From Vicugna vicugna (taxonomy: Eukaryota), in the NCBI GenBank assembly GCA_013265495.1, contig MU057711.1, forward strand, positions 1,178,001 to 1,242,000: 64,000 bases of DNA. Direction: 5' to 3'. Of the stretch, positions 49,072 through 62,340 are shown piece after piece; the stretch's first letter is position 1; every line of letters begins with the position of its first letter. A model generated the notes under the pieces. It did not search any database and had not been told where the DNA came from. It saw only the letters and a program-made list of their open reading frames with translations. A program made the translations under genes and the position numbers.

Positions 49072-49789
49072 GGAAGATGATGTAATATTTATTGACAAGG
49101 AAATATTTGCACAGTGTATTCCTTTTTTAAAAATTCTGGCAATAAAACAGATAATGCAAAATTTATCTACTCAACAATTTCTTAGTATACAGTATAATGT
49201 CAACCATGGGCATTGTTGTGTGAGCCAGCCCCAGAACACCCTCCCCTTCTGCATGACTGAGACTCTACACCCACTGAAGAATACCTCTATCTTCCTCTCC
49301 ATCAGCTCCAGGCAACCACCAACCTGCCTTCTGTGCTATGAATTTGACTGCTTTAGACACCTCACCTAAACGGAATCATGTAGTATTCGTCTTTTTATGA
49401 CTGACTTATTTCACTTAGAATAATATCCTGAAGTTTCATCCACATTGTGGCATATGACAGAATTTTATTCTTTTTTTTAAGGCTGAATGATACTCCATTG
49501 TAGATATACCACATTTTCTTTATTTGTTCACCCACCGAAGAGCAGTTAAATTGTTGTCACTTCTTGGCTTTTGTAAATAATGCTTCAGTGAACATGAGGA
49601 TGCAAGTATCTCTTTGAAATCTTGTTTTCAGTTCTTCTGGGTATATACCCCAAAGTGGGATTGCATGATCATACGGTAGTTGTGTTTTTCATTTTTTGGT
49701 GGAGCCTCCGTATGGTTTTCCACAGTGTCTATACCATTTTCCATTCCCACCAATAGTGAATTGTTTCAGTTTCTCCACATCCTGGCCCC
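49072..49789 (-). mobile_element. Older L1 (L1MA-like) 3' end nested in another L1 3' fragment (49012-49885)
   Basis: L1 motifs (GGAATCATGTAGTATT, AAGGCTGAATGATACTCCATTG, CCATTCCCACCAA); TSD ATCTT(C/A)ACCATTTT at 49058-49071 and 49790-49803. Confidence 0.85.
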
Positions 49790-51476
49790 ATCTTAACCAT
49801 TTTTAAGCATCTGTTTCAGTAAAGTTAAGTATATTCACGTTGTTGTGCACCCCATCTTTAGAAACTTTTCACCTTGCAAACAGCTTAAGTCATTTGGATT
49901 GGCTTCTGTGATTTGCAATGAAAAAGCCCTAATTTATACACCCCCAGTAAAATGCACTCCAGTTCCCTGGTGCATCATGTCAGCACATTCTTAATTTGTA
50001 CCAGGGGGTGGGTTTGGGGATTATAGGAGAAAACGGTGCCCTAGGATTTCTGAGTTGGGCTGATAAGGCTCCAAGGGGTAGGAGAAGGAGGATGAGAACC
50101 CAGAGTAATTGATGTGTGGGATGACACATGTAGACCTCTGCTCCCTTGCTGTCCTGGAGAACTGTTATTTTTGCCTAACAAAAACACATGTTCATTCTCT
50201 TAGTCTAGTGGCTCCAAATTTAGCATCCCCTGGGGCACTTGTTCAAAATATCAATACCAGAGCCTTGCCTCTTCCTTCAGGATAGAGGATTCTTCAGGAA
50301 GACAAGCCTCAGGTCCAGATAATCTCCAAATTCAGAGGTTGAAGCAACTGTTTGCTTTTGGGACAGGAACTGCCGGCACCCCTCGTTGAGGGCTGCTTTT
50401 GAAATCACCTACCATACTATTACCATTGCATTTTCTTGTCTTTTCCTTCTACAAGGGCTGTTGAAGGTCACACCACAAACCGGATGTGTGTCATAACAGA
50501 GAGTTCTTCCCTGATAAAAGAGGTAGTTGGGGAACAAGTGCTTGGCTTGGTGATTTTAGAAGTCCTGATTTGTCAAAGCCAAGAATAGCCTTGTAATAAT
50601 AAAGGGAAAAAAATGCTTGCGATTCCAAAGGGAGTCATGATTTAGCGATAGTCCCGAAGGAAAATTAGGGTCTGTGTGTGACGGCTTCTCTCCTTCCTGC
50701 TGCCTCCTGAGAGATGATTACTCATTCGTAATTTATTAGCTAATTATGCACGGGCAAAGGAGTATGAATCACTTCATTTAGATGATAGCAATTAGCGAGG
50801 GCTTGTTGGAGTTCTTTCTGCTGCGGTTCTGAGTGTATTTAGACAACACAGGTGCTGCCTGGGCCAGGATAACTCTGGGGGAGATTCTCCGTTTCCCCTG
50901 CCCCTGCCAAGCCAGCAGGTCGTTCCATCCTAACTCCTCCCTGATCTTCTCTGACGGGACTGCTTTCTGATCTGTCTTCCCTTCACCTCTTACAGGTTCT
51001 GCAACCTTGGGCAAGTCATCTCACCTCTCTGGACCCCATCTGTAAAATGGAATCATCTACTCTCCCTGCTAGCATGGAGGAGGCTGGATGGATTTGGAAT
51101 CCCTGGATGTTTGGTTTGTTCCTAACACACCAGAAAGTGGAGAAAACACCGGTCCTGATAACCCACTGCTCCACGCTCACTGCAGGGATGCACTGTCCGT
51201 ATGCTTACGGATCCAGGCTCCAGGGTGTGCCTACCACCATGGCATTTATTAGCAAAGGGCAGCCAACAATCTCAGTGTCCAAGAACAGGAGAACAGCTAA
51301 ATGAAATGTGATGTATTCAAATGATGGAATCCTACCAATCAGTTACCAGGACTGACCTAAATCTCTGTATGTCAACATGGATAGTGGCAAATTGCCAAAT
51401 CATTATACAGTAGGATCTCATTCATGCCAAGAAATTGATATAAAATAATGTTACACATTTTCTGAGGAGAAGGATC

Positions 51477-51514
51477 TCAATCAGTCAATCAATCAATCAA
51501 TCAATCAATCAATC
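51477..51514. repeat. (TCAA)n microsatellite
   Basis: About 9 units with one TCAG variant. Confidence 0.95.
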
Positions 51515-52462
51515 CTCTATCTATATTTGTATTCTGATGAAGGATACTGCAGGTCCAGAACAACACATCAAATTAGGAGCTTAAAAGCATCAGAATATCA
51601 TGGATAAAAATCTCTTTGGTAACTGCTCTCCAATCCCAAATCCTTGATCTCTTCCACGGAGGGTGGGAGCTGGATTTGGGAGGGTGACAAAGAAGTTTAA
51701 CTGTATCAGCATATTCTAACTTAAAAAATGTGAACTAGGCAATTATGAACACCTGATGCCCCAACACTCTCCAAGGGTTCTGCCCTGGGACCCCCGAAGT
51801 TCTTCCCAGCCCACTGCCACCCTTGCTGCAGTCTTCCACCCCCCAGCTCCTCTCTTTACACTAAGACAGATTTTAATAAAGTTGCCGCATGTGGAATAGG
51901 ATTACCAGTTCATCTGATTTTCACTATTTGAAGTCCTAGGGGAAGAAAAGCCTTGTTTAACTCAATTCATAACACTATTAATCCAACCATAAACCTTCTG
52001 ACGACTTGAAAAGAGAGAGGAGAATTCATTACAGCCCATCGCTAAGCGTCAAATCCTTCCTCTCACACACCAGCAGGTGAGACTCTTGGAGGCCGCTGGC
52101 CCTGGGTCTCCCCGAAGGTCATTCTCAGAGCGGAGTCCCGGCACAGAGCTGACTGAATGGAGATTGTGTGGGAGCTCTCACTCCTTCCCTCTCCTTCCAC
52201 ACTCCCCATGTGGGGCAACTGGGGCCCAGAGAGGTTGTGTATGTTGGCCAAGGTCACAAAGCTAAAAAGCAACAGATTGGACTAACTCAGCTCTCCTGAT
52301 TTTATACCGAGGGATTCATTCATTGTAAAGATAGTTATAAATGTGCTTTTATAAGTTTACACACAATCATTCTACTTCTGGGTATCCAGTACAAGGAAGT
52401 AATTCTAAATATGGAAAAAGCTGTATCCTTAGTATGTTCATCACAGTATAATTCATAATTTT

Positions 52463-53203
52463 TTTATTGAATCAGAGTTGATTTACAGTGTATTAATATC
52501 TGGTGTACAGCACAGTGATTCATTTATACATATTCCTTTTCATATTCTTTTTCATTATAAGCCATTACAAGGTATTGAATATAGCTCCCTGTGCTATACA
52601 GTAGGACCTCACTGTTTATCTATTTTATATATAGTAGTTTGTATCTATGAACCCCAATTTATTCCTCTACCTTCTGTTTCCCCACTGGTAACCAGGAGTT
52701 TGTTTTCCATGTCTGTAAGACTGTCTCTTTTTTGCAAATAAGTTCATTTTGGTCCTTTATTTTTTTTAAAGATTCCACATGTAGGTGGCATCATATGGTA
52801 TTTTTCTTTCTCTTTCTGGCTTACTTCACTTAGAATGACGATCTCCAGGTCCATCTGTGTTGCTGCAAATGGCATTATTTTATTCTTTTTTATGGCTGAG
52901 TAGTATTCCATTGTATAAATATACCATAACTTCTTTATCCAGTCATCTGTTGATAGACATTTAGGTTGCTTCCATATCTTGGCTATTGTAAATGGCACTG
53001 CTATGAACACTAGAGTGCAGGTGTCTTTTTGAATTAGAGTTTGCCCCAGATAAATGCCCAGGCATAGGATTGCTGGATCATGGTATAAGTCTATATCTAG
53101 TTTTTAAAGGAATCTCCATACTGTTTTCCATAATGGCTGCCCCAAATTACATTCCCACCAGCAGTGTAGAAGGATTCCCTTTTCTCCACATCCTTTCCAG
53201 CCT
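52463..53203 (-). mobile_element. L1 3' end (ORF2 C-terminus and 3' UTR)
   Basis: Minus [77 protein letters not shown] at 52441 and 53204. Confidence 0.95.
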
Positions 53204-53639
53204 TCACAGTATTAACTCATAATTTTAAGTCCTGAATCAGGCTAAATGGATACCATTAGCAAAATTCTGTTAACAATTTATGACCAATGGTTATTATGCC
53301 ACCATCAAAAATGTTTCAAAGACTCAATAACAGGGCTAATACTCATACTGAAGAAAATATGGCAGGATGAAAATGGTCTATATAAAGTTGTTTGATTATA
53401 ATTTTATAAAATATACATGCATAGGAAAAGACTGGAAGAAACAGAGCATGTTGCCACACAAGGGCTTGTCAGTGATTCCCCACATGTTTAATAATAAGTG
53501 ATTGAACCAGTTTCAAGTTATTATAGTGTGATCCTGATATGTATTTCATTTTTGTGATTCTGTTCCCCCAAAATATTTTGTAATGTGCTACTATTGGTTT
53601 TTAATCGATATATTTCAATTTTGGAAAAGCAGTTTCACC

Positions 53640-54060
53640 TATTGTTTTAGGTCCATTTCCCTGTAAAAGAGACTTGGAGAAAGAGATTTGCATGTAGAAG
53701 TTTTGTGGGAAGAGCTCTCGGGACCAAGATCTGTAAGGGGTGAGGGACAGAGATGTGTGCAGAGGGAGAGGTTGGGCTGCAAGGAACTTGCAGCAAAATT
53801 CTCAGCTGATCCCATGGGGATCTCCGCAGTTGGGATGGGCCTCAGGATTCTCTGAATTGAGATGAGGGGACCAGCCTCTGCACCCACACAAAGGCAGGGA
53901 TTGGGTGGAGGCTGTCCCCAGGGAGAGGATGGAACCTTGGGAAAGGCAGCTTCCCTCAGCTCAAGGCAGCTCCTGGGGAGGGACTCAGCTCTCAGCCCCA
54001 AAGTGCCCTGAAGCTGAGGGAAGCTATTCCTTGGTCCTGAAAGAGGGATCTGGCAAGTGC
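53640..54060. mobile_element. Old ERVL LTR (LTR33-like)
   Basis: TAGGTCCATTTCCCTG...AGAGATTTGCATGTAGAAGTTTT...CAGAGGGAGAGGTTGGGCTGC...CTCAGCTGATCCCATGGGGATCTC. Confidence 0.6.
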
Positions 54061-55558
54061 ATTACCACATTGGGTAAACCTATCATAACACACACCCGTG
54101 CCTGGCAGCAAAGCATATTGACTGGGACTCATTTCATAGATGAGGAAATTGAGGTATAGAGCGCCTTTATGATTTTTCCAGGTCACAAAGCCAGAAAATG
54201 CATTTATTTAATAATCATGATTGCAAAGCCAGGACAAGAAGCCAGGTATCTTGACTTCCAGACTGTCCACTGCCCCACCCTGCCTGAGGCATAACCTTGA
54301 GAATTCTGCCCCAAAGCATCAGGATGTAAGACTAAGAAAGACCTGAGGATCTTGGGCTGTGCTCCAGGGGAGTCTGAGGCAAAGAGCAGGGCTTCCTTCA
54401 AGGGGGATGGAGGTGTCTGCCCACCCCTGGCAGGCCAGCTGGAAGGAACCAGGGAATGAAGCTCATTATATCACAGGACTCAAGAAACACAAGGTCTGGT
54501 CCTCCCAGGCCTGGGCACTGACAGCCGGCTGCCTGCCATCCCTGCAGAAGCTTCTCAAGAAACTGAAGCAGAGCAGGGAAGGTCAGTGAGCAACTTGATC
54601 CTTGATTTATCGGCAAATATTTCATGCAGCACTGGGGACACGGCAGGGAATGTGGCAGATGATGAGGGCCCTGCCCATGTAGGCGCTAGAGTTTTGTAGG
54701 GCATCCAAGAGAGGCAGTGATTGTACAGTTTCAGAGTCCAAGCTTGAGGACCAGACAGCCTAGGTTTGAAGCTTGTCTCTCCCACTCACAAGGTGTGAGA
54801 ACTGGGGTGCACCTCCCTCAACCTGCCTCATTTTCCTTACCTATGAAAATGGGATGTTGGTAGCAGCATGTACCTTCGAAATCCTTTCTAATCCACATTC
54901 ATGCCCATCACATCATTTAGTTCTTAAAACACTGGGGCAAGGTGGGCACTAGGAAATGTAACCCCACTGGTGGTGCTCATGGTCATGAGGTCTATGATGA
55001 ATCCATCCCAACCCCAGGGGCTGCTGCCCAACCCCGCCAGTGCCCAGGTGTTCCACCAGCCAGTGCCTCTTTAATCCCTGAGCAGAGAAGCTCATGCATT
55101 GCCACATCACCATGGCTCAGTGGCTTGGATAAGACCCCCTCACATTCACGTATGGCCTCTGGCTGCCCCTGACTACTGGGCTCCCCCTCACACGCCAGGG
55201 CCAAGTCAGCCTCAGTAGAGCTGGGGGTCCTCCCTGGGCCAGGCATAAACTCCTCTCCAGCTTGGGAAGATGTTCCATTTCCCAGACTCCAAGCAATATC
55301 ACCTACACTCTACAGAGACATTAACTGCTGCTCCTATGTGGTCAAATAATGATCACTCCTTAAACTTTTGGGAAAAAATGCTAAATATAAATGTAACACA
55401 GACAGATGATAAAAACATAGACAGCTCAAGAAGGCAAATCATGGAAATGACACACCTGTCTTCTCTTACCTTACCACACAACCTTCAGAATTTTGTTTCT
55501 CAGGGAAATTCACTTCTTGTGGTCTCTACCAGCCTATATATGTACACATGCTTTTTAA

Positions 55559-56025
55559 AAAAATTTTTTTTATTGGGTTATAGTCAGTTTGCAATATTGA
55601 GTCAACTTCTGGTGTATAGCACAATTCTTCAGTCAAACGTGAATATACATATATTCATTTTCATATTCTTTTTTACTGTGAGCTACTACAGGATATTCAA
55701 TATAGTTCCCTGTGCTATACAGTATAAACTTGTTTATCTATTTTATATATACCAGTCAGTATCTGCAAATCTCGAATTCCCAGTTTATCTCTTCCCACCC
55801 TCCTCCCCACTGGCAACTACAAGTCTGTATTCTATGTCTATGTGTCTGTTTCTGTTTCATATATAAGTTCATTTGTCTTTTGTTTTTTAGATTCCACATA
55901 TGAGTGATATCATATAGAATTTTTCTTTCTCTTTCTGGCTTCACTTAGAATGACATTCTCCAGATACATCCATGTTGTTGCAAATGGCATTATGTTGTCT
56001 TTTTTATGGCTGAGTAGTATTCCAT
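55559..56025 (-). mobile_element. Young L1 3' end
   Basis: L1 3' UTR motifs (ATAGTTCCCTGTGCTATACAG, TTAGATTCCACATATGAGTGATATCATA); TSD TACACAT(G/C)CTTTT at 55543 and 56026. Confidence 0.9.
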
Positions 56026-56040
56026 TACACATCCTTTTAA

Positions 56041-56176
56041 AAAAATTTTAGTGGGGGAGGTACTTAGGTTTATATTATATAAAAAATAAATAATATTTTT
56101 ATTGGAGGTACTGGGGATTGGACTCATGACCTTGTGCATGCTAAGCACACACTACCACCGAGCTATTACCCTTCCC
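56041..56176 (-). mobile_element. tRNA-Ala-derived SINE
   Basis: GGAGGTACTGGGGATTGG...ACCTTGTGCATGCTAAGCAC...GAGCTA. Confidence 0.85.
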
Positions 56177-56212
56177 TCTGCATTCTTAAACTGTATACAA
56201 ATGGGGTGATAA

Positions 56213-56849
56213 TGATGTGGGGTGTAAGGAGGGCCATGTCCCAGGTCTTGGTGGAGCCCCTGGGACGCGCTCCACCAGGTGTGGGTCCTTGGCTTCATAC
56301 AGGAAAGAATTCAAGTGCGAGCCACAGTTGAGTAAAGGTAGATTTAGTTAGGGAGATACATACTGCATAGAGTGCAAGGCAAGAGAAAGGCAAGGAAAGA
56401 GATGTGGGAATTGGGTTCTCAGGTTAAAGTAAAAGTAGGTGCACACTCCATAGACAGAGTGCGGTCCATCTCCAAAGAGGAGGGAGCAAAAAAGGGCAGC
56501 CAGACATGGTGTTGCCAATTTTTATGGGCTCGGTAGCTTCACATGCCTACAGGTGGGACCATTCCAACTACCCTGGGGAAGGCGCTGGGATTCCCAGGAA
56601 CTTGGCCACTGCCCACTCTTTGACCTTTTTTGGTTAGCCTTGGGACTGTCATGGTGCTTGCAGGCATGTTATTGATTGCGCTAATATGTTACAATGAGTA
56701 TATAATGAAGCTCAAGGTATACTAGAAGTCAATCCTCCCATCATCTTAATCCTTAAGGCCAACTGCGAGTTGAACCTTCTACCATTTTGGTGTTAATTGC
56801 AGTGTCATTCTTTGAATGGCTGTGCCCTGCCCCCTTCCCTCCTGTGTCA
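56213..56849 (-). mobile_element. ERV1-class solo LTR, 637 bp
   Basis: TG...CA termini with 4-bp TSD ATAA (56209-56212 and 56850-56853). Internal AAAGAATTCAAGTGCGAGCCA resembles MER4-group LTRs in antisense; the strand is inferred from that resemblance. Confidence 0.75.
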
Positions 56850-57180
56850 ATAATATAGATACAGTGCTGCATCTCACCCTTTCACTTAAGAATATTTCAT
56901 GGAGTCTACATATTAGTACATTTAAAACTATTCGATCTATTTTGATGGACATAGCAACAGTTCTAATTCTTTTACAGGCTACCTTTAATTTCTAATTCTC
57001 TAACATTTTTAATTTAATTCTCCTTCTTTTTAATATACTCACCATGCCTTATGTAAACACATAACTCTTGTTGGCTGTTCAGCTGTTGGCGACACAAACA
57101 ATGAGCATTTTGAATCTTGGAGACCATACCCTTAGGGTAAATCCTAGAGATAATGTTATTTTGAAGTTACACATGGGGAG

Positions 57181-57295
57181 TTTTTGGGGCGAGGATTAGG
57201 TTTATTTATTTACCTTAATTGAGGTACTGGGGATTGAAACTGGGACCTCTTGCATGCTAAGCACACATTCTACCACTGAGCTATACCCTCCCTGC
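57181..57295 (-). mobile_element. tRNA-Ala-derived SINE
   Basis: Reverse complement GGGAGGGTATAGCTCAGTGGTAGAATGTGTGCTTAGCATGCAAGAGGTCCCAGTTTCAATCCCCAGTACCTC, with A/B-box remnants and AGC anticodon; degenerate CATG-initiated TSD. Confidence 0.88.
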
Positions 57296-57904
57296 CATGT
57301 GGGATTTTTAAAAATAAAAATCCTGTATCACCTGTATCCCTCAAGATGAGGAAATGTTTTGTTGGAGACAATGCAAGTGTCCCTGTTGGGGCGGGGGCAC
57401 CACAAGTTTTAGTTGTATCTGCATTGTGAGTCCTATCCTCATATTGCATTTGGGGTTCAGAAGCAGACACAGCATGGACAACCCAAAGAACTGCCCATTT
57501 TTAGATAGCCAGTCAACCTCTGCTTCTTTACCCTAGATTTGGAAGGATTTAAGGGCTAGTGCTGGCTGATTACAAATCTAACCCGCGGTCTGCTGTCGAG
57601 TTACTAATTGGTCTTTGTGTCTCTTTCTGCTGATGCCTGGCAGTAAGCTGTGACCTGGACATGCTTTTTTTCTAGTTCTTTGGAAGGCAGGCCACTCAGC
57701 AGCATCAGTACAAATCCCTTCTCATATAGGGTGAGACCCAGGGGCAGGGGTCACGGCACATGTGAGTACCTATAGGTAACATCTATGGAGTACTTATTAC
57801 ATGCCAGACTGTTTTAAGTGCCTTGTGTGGATTAACTCATTTAATTCTTAGAACAAACATATAGTGTAGGTACAATTATCCACATTTACATAGGAGGGAA
57901 CTGT

Positions 57905-58295
57905 GGTGATTATTGGTGCTGCTCAGCAGATGGTTTTATGGTTTTCTTTCCAAGTATATGATGGGTTTGCTTATTCCTGCCCACTTTGAAATTAGCGATA
58001 GCCATGTGAGTTGCTTTGATTAAAAAAAAACTGTGAACAGAAGTGTCTTGCATCTCTTCTAGGCGGAAGCTTGAAGAGCCAGGGGGTGATTGGTTCCTTT
58101 CCCTCTGTCACAGAAACTGACAGTGCTCTTTATGCCAAGTACTCTGTCAATCAGGTCCCAAAGTGAGGATGATGTGGAGCGGGACCCCCAGGCAATCCAT
58201 GATGGACATGGAGTGTGAACACAAAGTAAATTTTATTTTTAGTCACTGTGATTCTGGGATTGTTTGTTATCATAGGGTAACTTATCTTATCCTGG
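57905..58295 (+). mobile_element. MLT1 LTR inserted in a MIR
   Basis: GCCATGTGAGTTGCTTTG...TGTGAACAGAAGTG...AGTCACTGTGATTCTGGGATTGTTTGTTA; MIR sequence on both sides (57770-57902 and 58296-58400). Confidence 0.7.
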
Positions 58296-61200
58296 AACAG
58301 GAAATGAAATCAGAGACATTAAGTAAGTTTCTCAAGGTCATACAGCTAATAAGTTGAAGAACAAGAATTTGAACCCAGATATTCTTGTGCCAGAATTTGC
58401 CTGCCTTTCTTACTCTAGTATATGGCCTGCCTGCTTAAGGACTCCCGGTTGGAACTTGAAGGGCAGAATCAAAAGCTCTTTCTAAAATTCTGAGTGTCTT
58501 TGGGAGTAGGGCTCCAGGATGTCAGGTTGACAGCCCCCTCATCATCTGGGCTTTTCAAGTTGAAAGTAACAGAAATGCAACTTAAACTGGTGTTTTATAT
58601 GCATATGTTTAAACAGTCAGTGAATAGAATTGGCTTAAGAACCAGGGCTTCAGACAGTTCCTCCAGACACTGTCTCCCCATCATTTGACTCTGCTTTCAT
58701 CTGTGTTGGCTTCAGTCTCAGGCAGCCTCCTGCCTTAGGGGAGCAACTTAGTGTCCCAGAGGGGATGCATTTTTATACTACCCGCCTCACAGGAAGTTTT
58801 TAAGGACTGGATGAGATGGTGTGTGTGAATGTGATTGAAGGAAAGAGAAGGATAAACATTGGTGGTCATCTAGCTGGTCTGTGTTAGCTGATGAGAGTTT
58901 ACACTTCCCCTGTCACTGGAGAGAGGAAGAATGAATGACATGGAGGGAAGGTCCTGCTGCAGAGATCAGGGCTGAGGTTCCAGCACACAAAACCCAGAGG
59001 GACTATTTCATTCCAGCCAGAGAGGAAGGGACCAGTGCCCATGGTGCAAGGTTATGGCAGAAGACATGGCTGTGGGGAGTGGCAGCAGCTGTGTACAGCC
59101 AGCACCTCAGAGTAGGACCTTCCTTTTCTAGGACTGGTGCTCATTCTCCAAGGGGAAGCCTCCTGTGGGCATATCTGTATGACAGGACCCCAACTGGTCT
59201 GGGAAGGGGGATATGTGACCAGGCGGAACCCATCAGGTTCTCTTCGCTGGGAGTACTACACTTGGGACAGAGACTAAGAAGCTTAGGCATCATTGTTCTT
59301 TTATTAGTAAAATTTTATTGAGCACCTACTAAATGCCTGATGTTGTCCTAGGTACTGGGGATTCAGCTCACTTTTTCTAGGTCAACATAAATTTTAAAAG
59401 ATAGATTTATTAGGATGCAACTAAATATACAGATAATTTCAGACAATAACTTCTCTAAAAGAAATAAAACAGAGGAGTATGACAAAGAATGACTAGGTAA
59501 TCAGAGAAGGCTTCTCTGAGAAGGGTCATTGAAGCTAAGTCCTGAAGGAGAACATTTTTATGGGAAGAAGTGGGGAAGCAGATTCCCAAAAGGAGGGACA
59601 GAAAGTACCCAGGTGGCAAAACTTGGCATTATGTATGGTCAGAAGGAAAGCCAGTGTGGATGGAAGATGGTGAGCAAGGGGGAGAGTGATATTTGTGAGT
59701 CTAGAGAAGTAGGTGGGGGCTGGATCATGCAAAGCCTTGATGGCCACAGCAAAGGGCTTGGTTTTTATCCTACATGCTCTACAAAGTTGAGTCCTGAGAA
59801 AGGCTGTCATGGTTAGGTGGATCCCTGGAGCTGTCCGGGGTCCTGCCCTCCCAGCACTCCGGCTTCTCAGCAATATGTGACAGAGTGAATCAGGCCCCTC
59901 ACCTCTCAACATCCTCTGTCACACTATCTTCATTTAGGGAAAATGTCAGCCAGAGCTAGCTCCTGCAGAAGCTAGCTTATCCTTCTTTCTGCTGGAAGCA
60001 TCTTGTCTAATGCACAAAAGTATCTTTGATCAGCTTCCCCAATCCCAGAGCCTGGGATGGGAATTTTGTGCAAGTGATCCACTGAGGGATTATGCTCAGA
60101 AGAACTTGTAATGCAGTGAGGAAGGCAGGATAGGGCAGGGGAAGAAGCAATAATGTGGTTTCAGCTGACATCTAGGCTCAGCCCAACTCCTCAGAAGGCC
60201 CTGGAGCACAAATAGTCCCATAGAATCACATTGTCTTGAGGCGCAGTGACCAGGCTTTTGTATCCTCGTGCCAGTCACTGCTTGCAGGACCCCAGGATTC
60301 TCTGGGCAAGATGGTTCCCATCAGTCAGGGAAATTCTCTGGAGAAAGTTGCAGCTGTGAGCCCTCAGCAGCCCAAATATGCAGCATACATGGTTTGTAAC
60401 TGGCCCAGTGATGCGGATTTGAATGGGGGCACCAACAGCACCTTATGTAAAGAACATGGTGTATTTCCTTGGAGGGAAGCTTGAGGCTGGGCCAAAGACC
60501 ATGGTAGATATGGAGGAAATGCACCAGACCCTGGCTGCAGAGGCCAGTTAATCCCTAGATTCTGTTAGTGAGCTCTGGGAGATACTGGGTGTTCTGCCCT
60601 GGTTGGGACTGGAATGGACACTGGACATCAGAACATGCTCGTCCTGGACCATAACTTGTGCTAAAGGCTCTGTAAATGACTTCACCTGTGATGCTGGCCA
60701 GCCTGCTATGGCTGAGGATCACTCTCCCTGTTCTACAAGTGGGGTCATGGAGGCTCAGAGAGGTTATGTGGCTGGCCTCAAGTTACACGGTTAGTTAATT
60801 GGTGGGATTTGACTGGCTCTGGACCTGGACCATGACAGTGTCTGGAGGAGTAGGGCTGGGAAAGGTGGGAAGGAAGAGCATCCTCGGTGAGTCTCTCTGG
60901 GGCCAGACTCGTGTTGGGGCATCTCAACCCCACCTGGAAAGCATGACAGGCTGCAATTTCTCACTTACTTTGTTCTTATTTATCTTTCTTTCAGGCTGAG
61001 GAACCCAAATTACATTTCTTTCTAGCTCCCACAGATGCCACATTTCTTCTCTCTGTCCATTGCTCATCCTCCTCCCTCCCTCCAGTGACTGCAGAGCCTG
61101 GCAGCAGCATGTAAGGTGCATAGTAATGGCCACGGTGGGAGCCCTGGCTCACTGCTCATTTCTGCCAGGTCCTGTGACACCTTAGCTGTGACCGTAAAAG

Positions 61201-61899
61201 CCATTTGCATGGAAGATTTGGGCTGGTGGGAGGTGTGGGTGGCTCAGAGTTTTCTGTTTAGTATGCCAACTCTGCAATCTTTGCCATAACTTCATATAGT
61301 TTGGGATATCCTTTACTTGCTTAAAAAAAATGGCTCATATTTATTACCCAAAGACATTTAGTTTAGAAAGAGACTTTATGACCACTACCATAAATAGAAA
61401 AAAGCACTTACTTACCATAACTACAAAACTTTAAAAATGATTAAAATGGCTTACAATTAAAATCAATTTGTGGATCAGCTGTGGTATATGTTTGACATTT
61501 TGGGAAACACTGGCATAGTTCAAAGAGTACAGGACTAGCTGTCAGGACGTTGTATCCTGGTTCAAACTCTTCTATTAACATAACAATGACAACAACAGCA
61601 GCAAGAATAAGAATAACATTCAATGTTTGTAGAGCATATATTAGCAGTCAAGTACTGTGTTAAATACTTTCTACTGATCATTTCATTTAATCCTCACATT
61701 CTTATTTTGGGGCCCAAAAAAAGCAGACTCTGGGCTGAGGATTTATGTGCAAATGATATTTTAAGGAGCTGCTCTTGGGAGAGGCAGGAAGGGAGTGACA
61801 AACTCTGGAGTAGGCTTTGGTTTTAGGGAGTGGGTGGGGAAAGTATAACAGGCAGGGAATGTTCTCTGTGAAATTCCAGTCATGGCAGAAACGCAACTC

Positions 61900-62340
61900 C
61901 GTTAGTTTGATTGTGTCAGAGAACCAAGTCAATATGGCTTCATCAAAAGGAATGTATTGCTTTAGTTTAACGAAAACGGTCAAGAGTAGCTTCAGGCAAG
62001 GCTGCACGTCCTTGGAGTTGTCTGCATCTCTGATCTCAGCTGTTGTTAATGTTGGATTCCTCCACGATGCAGGATCTCCCCACATGGTGGCTCCAGGCTT
62101 ACCTCAAGCCAGATTATAACCACAGTGGAAGGAGAGAAGCTGTTTCTCATATTCCTTCAAAAGCCCTAGGGAAGGCTCTCATTGGCCCAGAGTAAGTCAC
62201 ATGACTGCCTCTGAAGCAATCACTCTGACCAGGAGATGTGCTCTGATTGGCTAGCCTTGGCCACATGCCTGACCCCACATGCTAAGGAATGGGGGCTAGT
62301 CAGGCTTGCCTGAACCCCATGCACTGAGACTGGGGGATAG
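61900..62340 (-). mobile_element. MLT1J/K-type LTR
   Basis: AGCTTCAGGCAAGGCTG...CTCTCATTGGCCCAG...GTCACATGAC...CTGATTGGCTAGCCTTGGCCACATGCC. Confidence 0.7.

Noticed and set aside
55270..55866. 198-aa ORF
   Set aside because: Runs antisense through L1-derived sequence.
57220..57292. tRNA-Ala(AGC)-like sequence as a real tRNA gene (also at 33945, 37090 and 56103)
   Set aside because: The copies are mutated in the stems and B box and have A-rich tails and TSDs, so they are SINEs.
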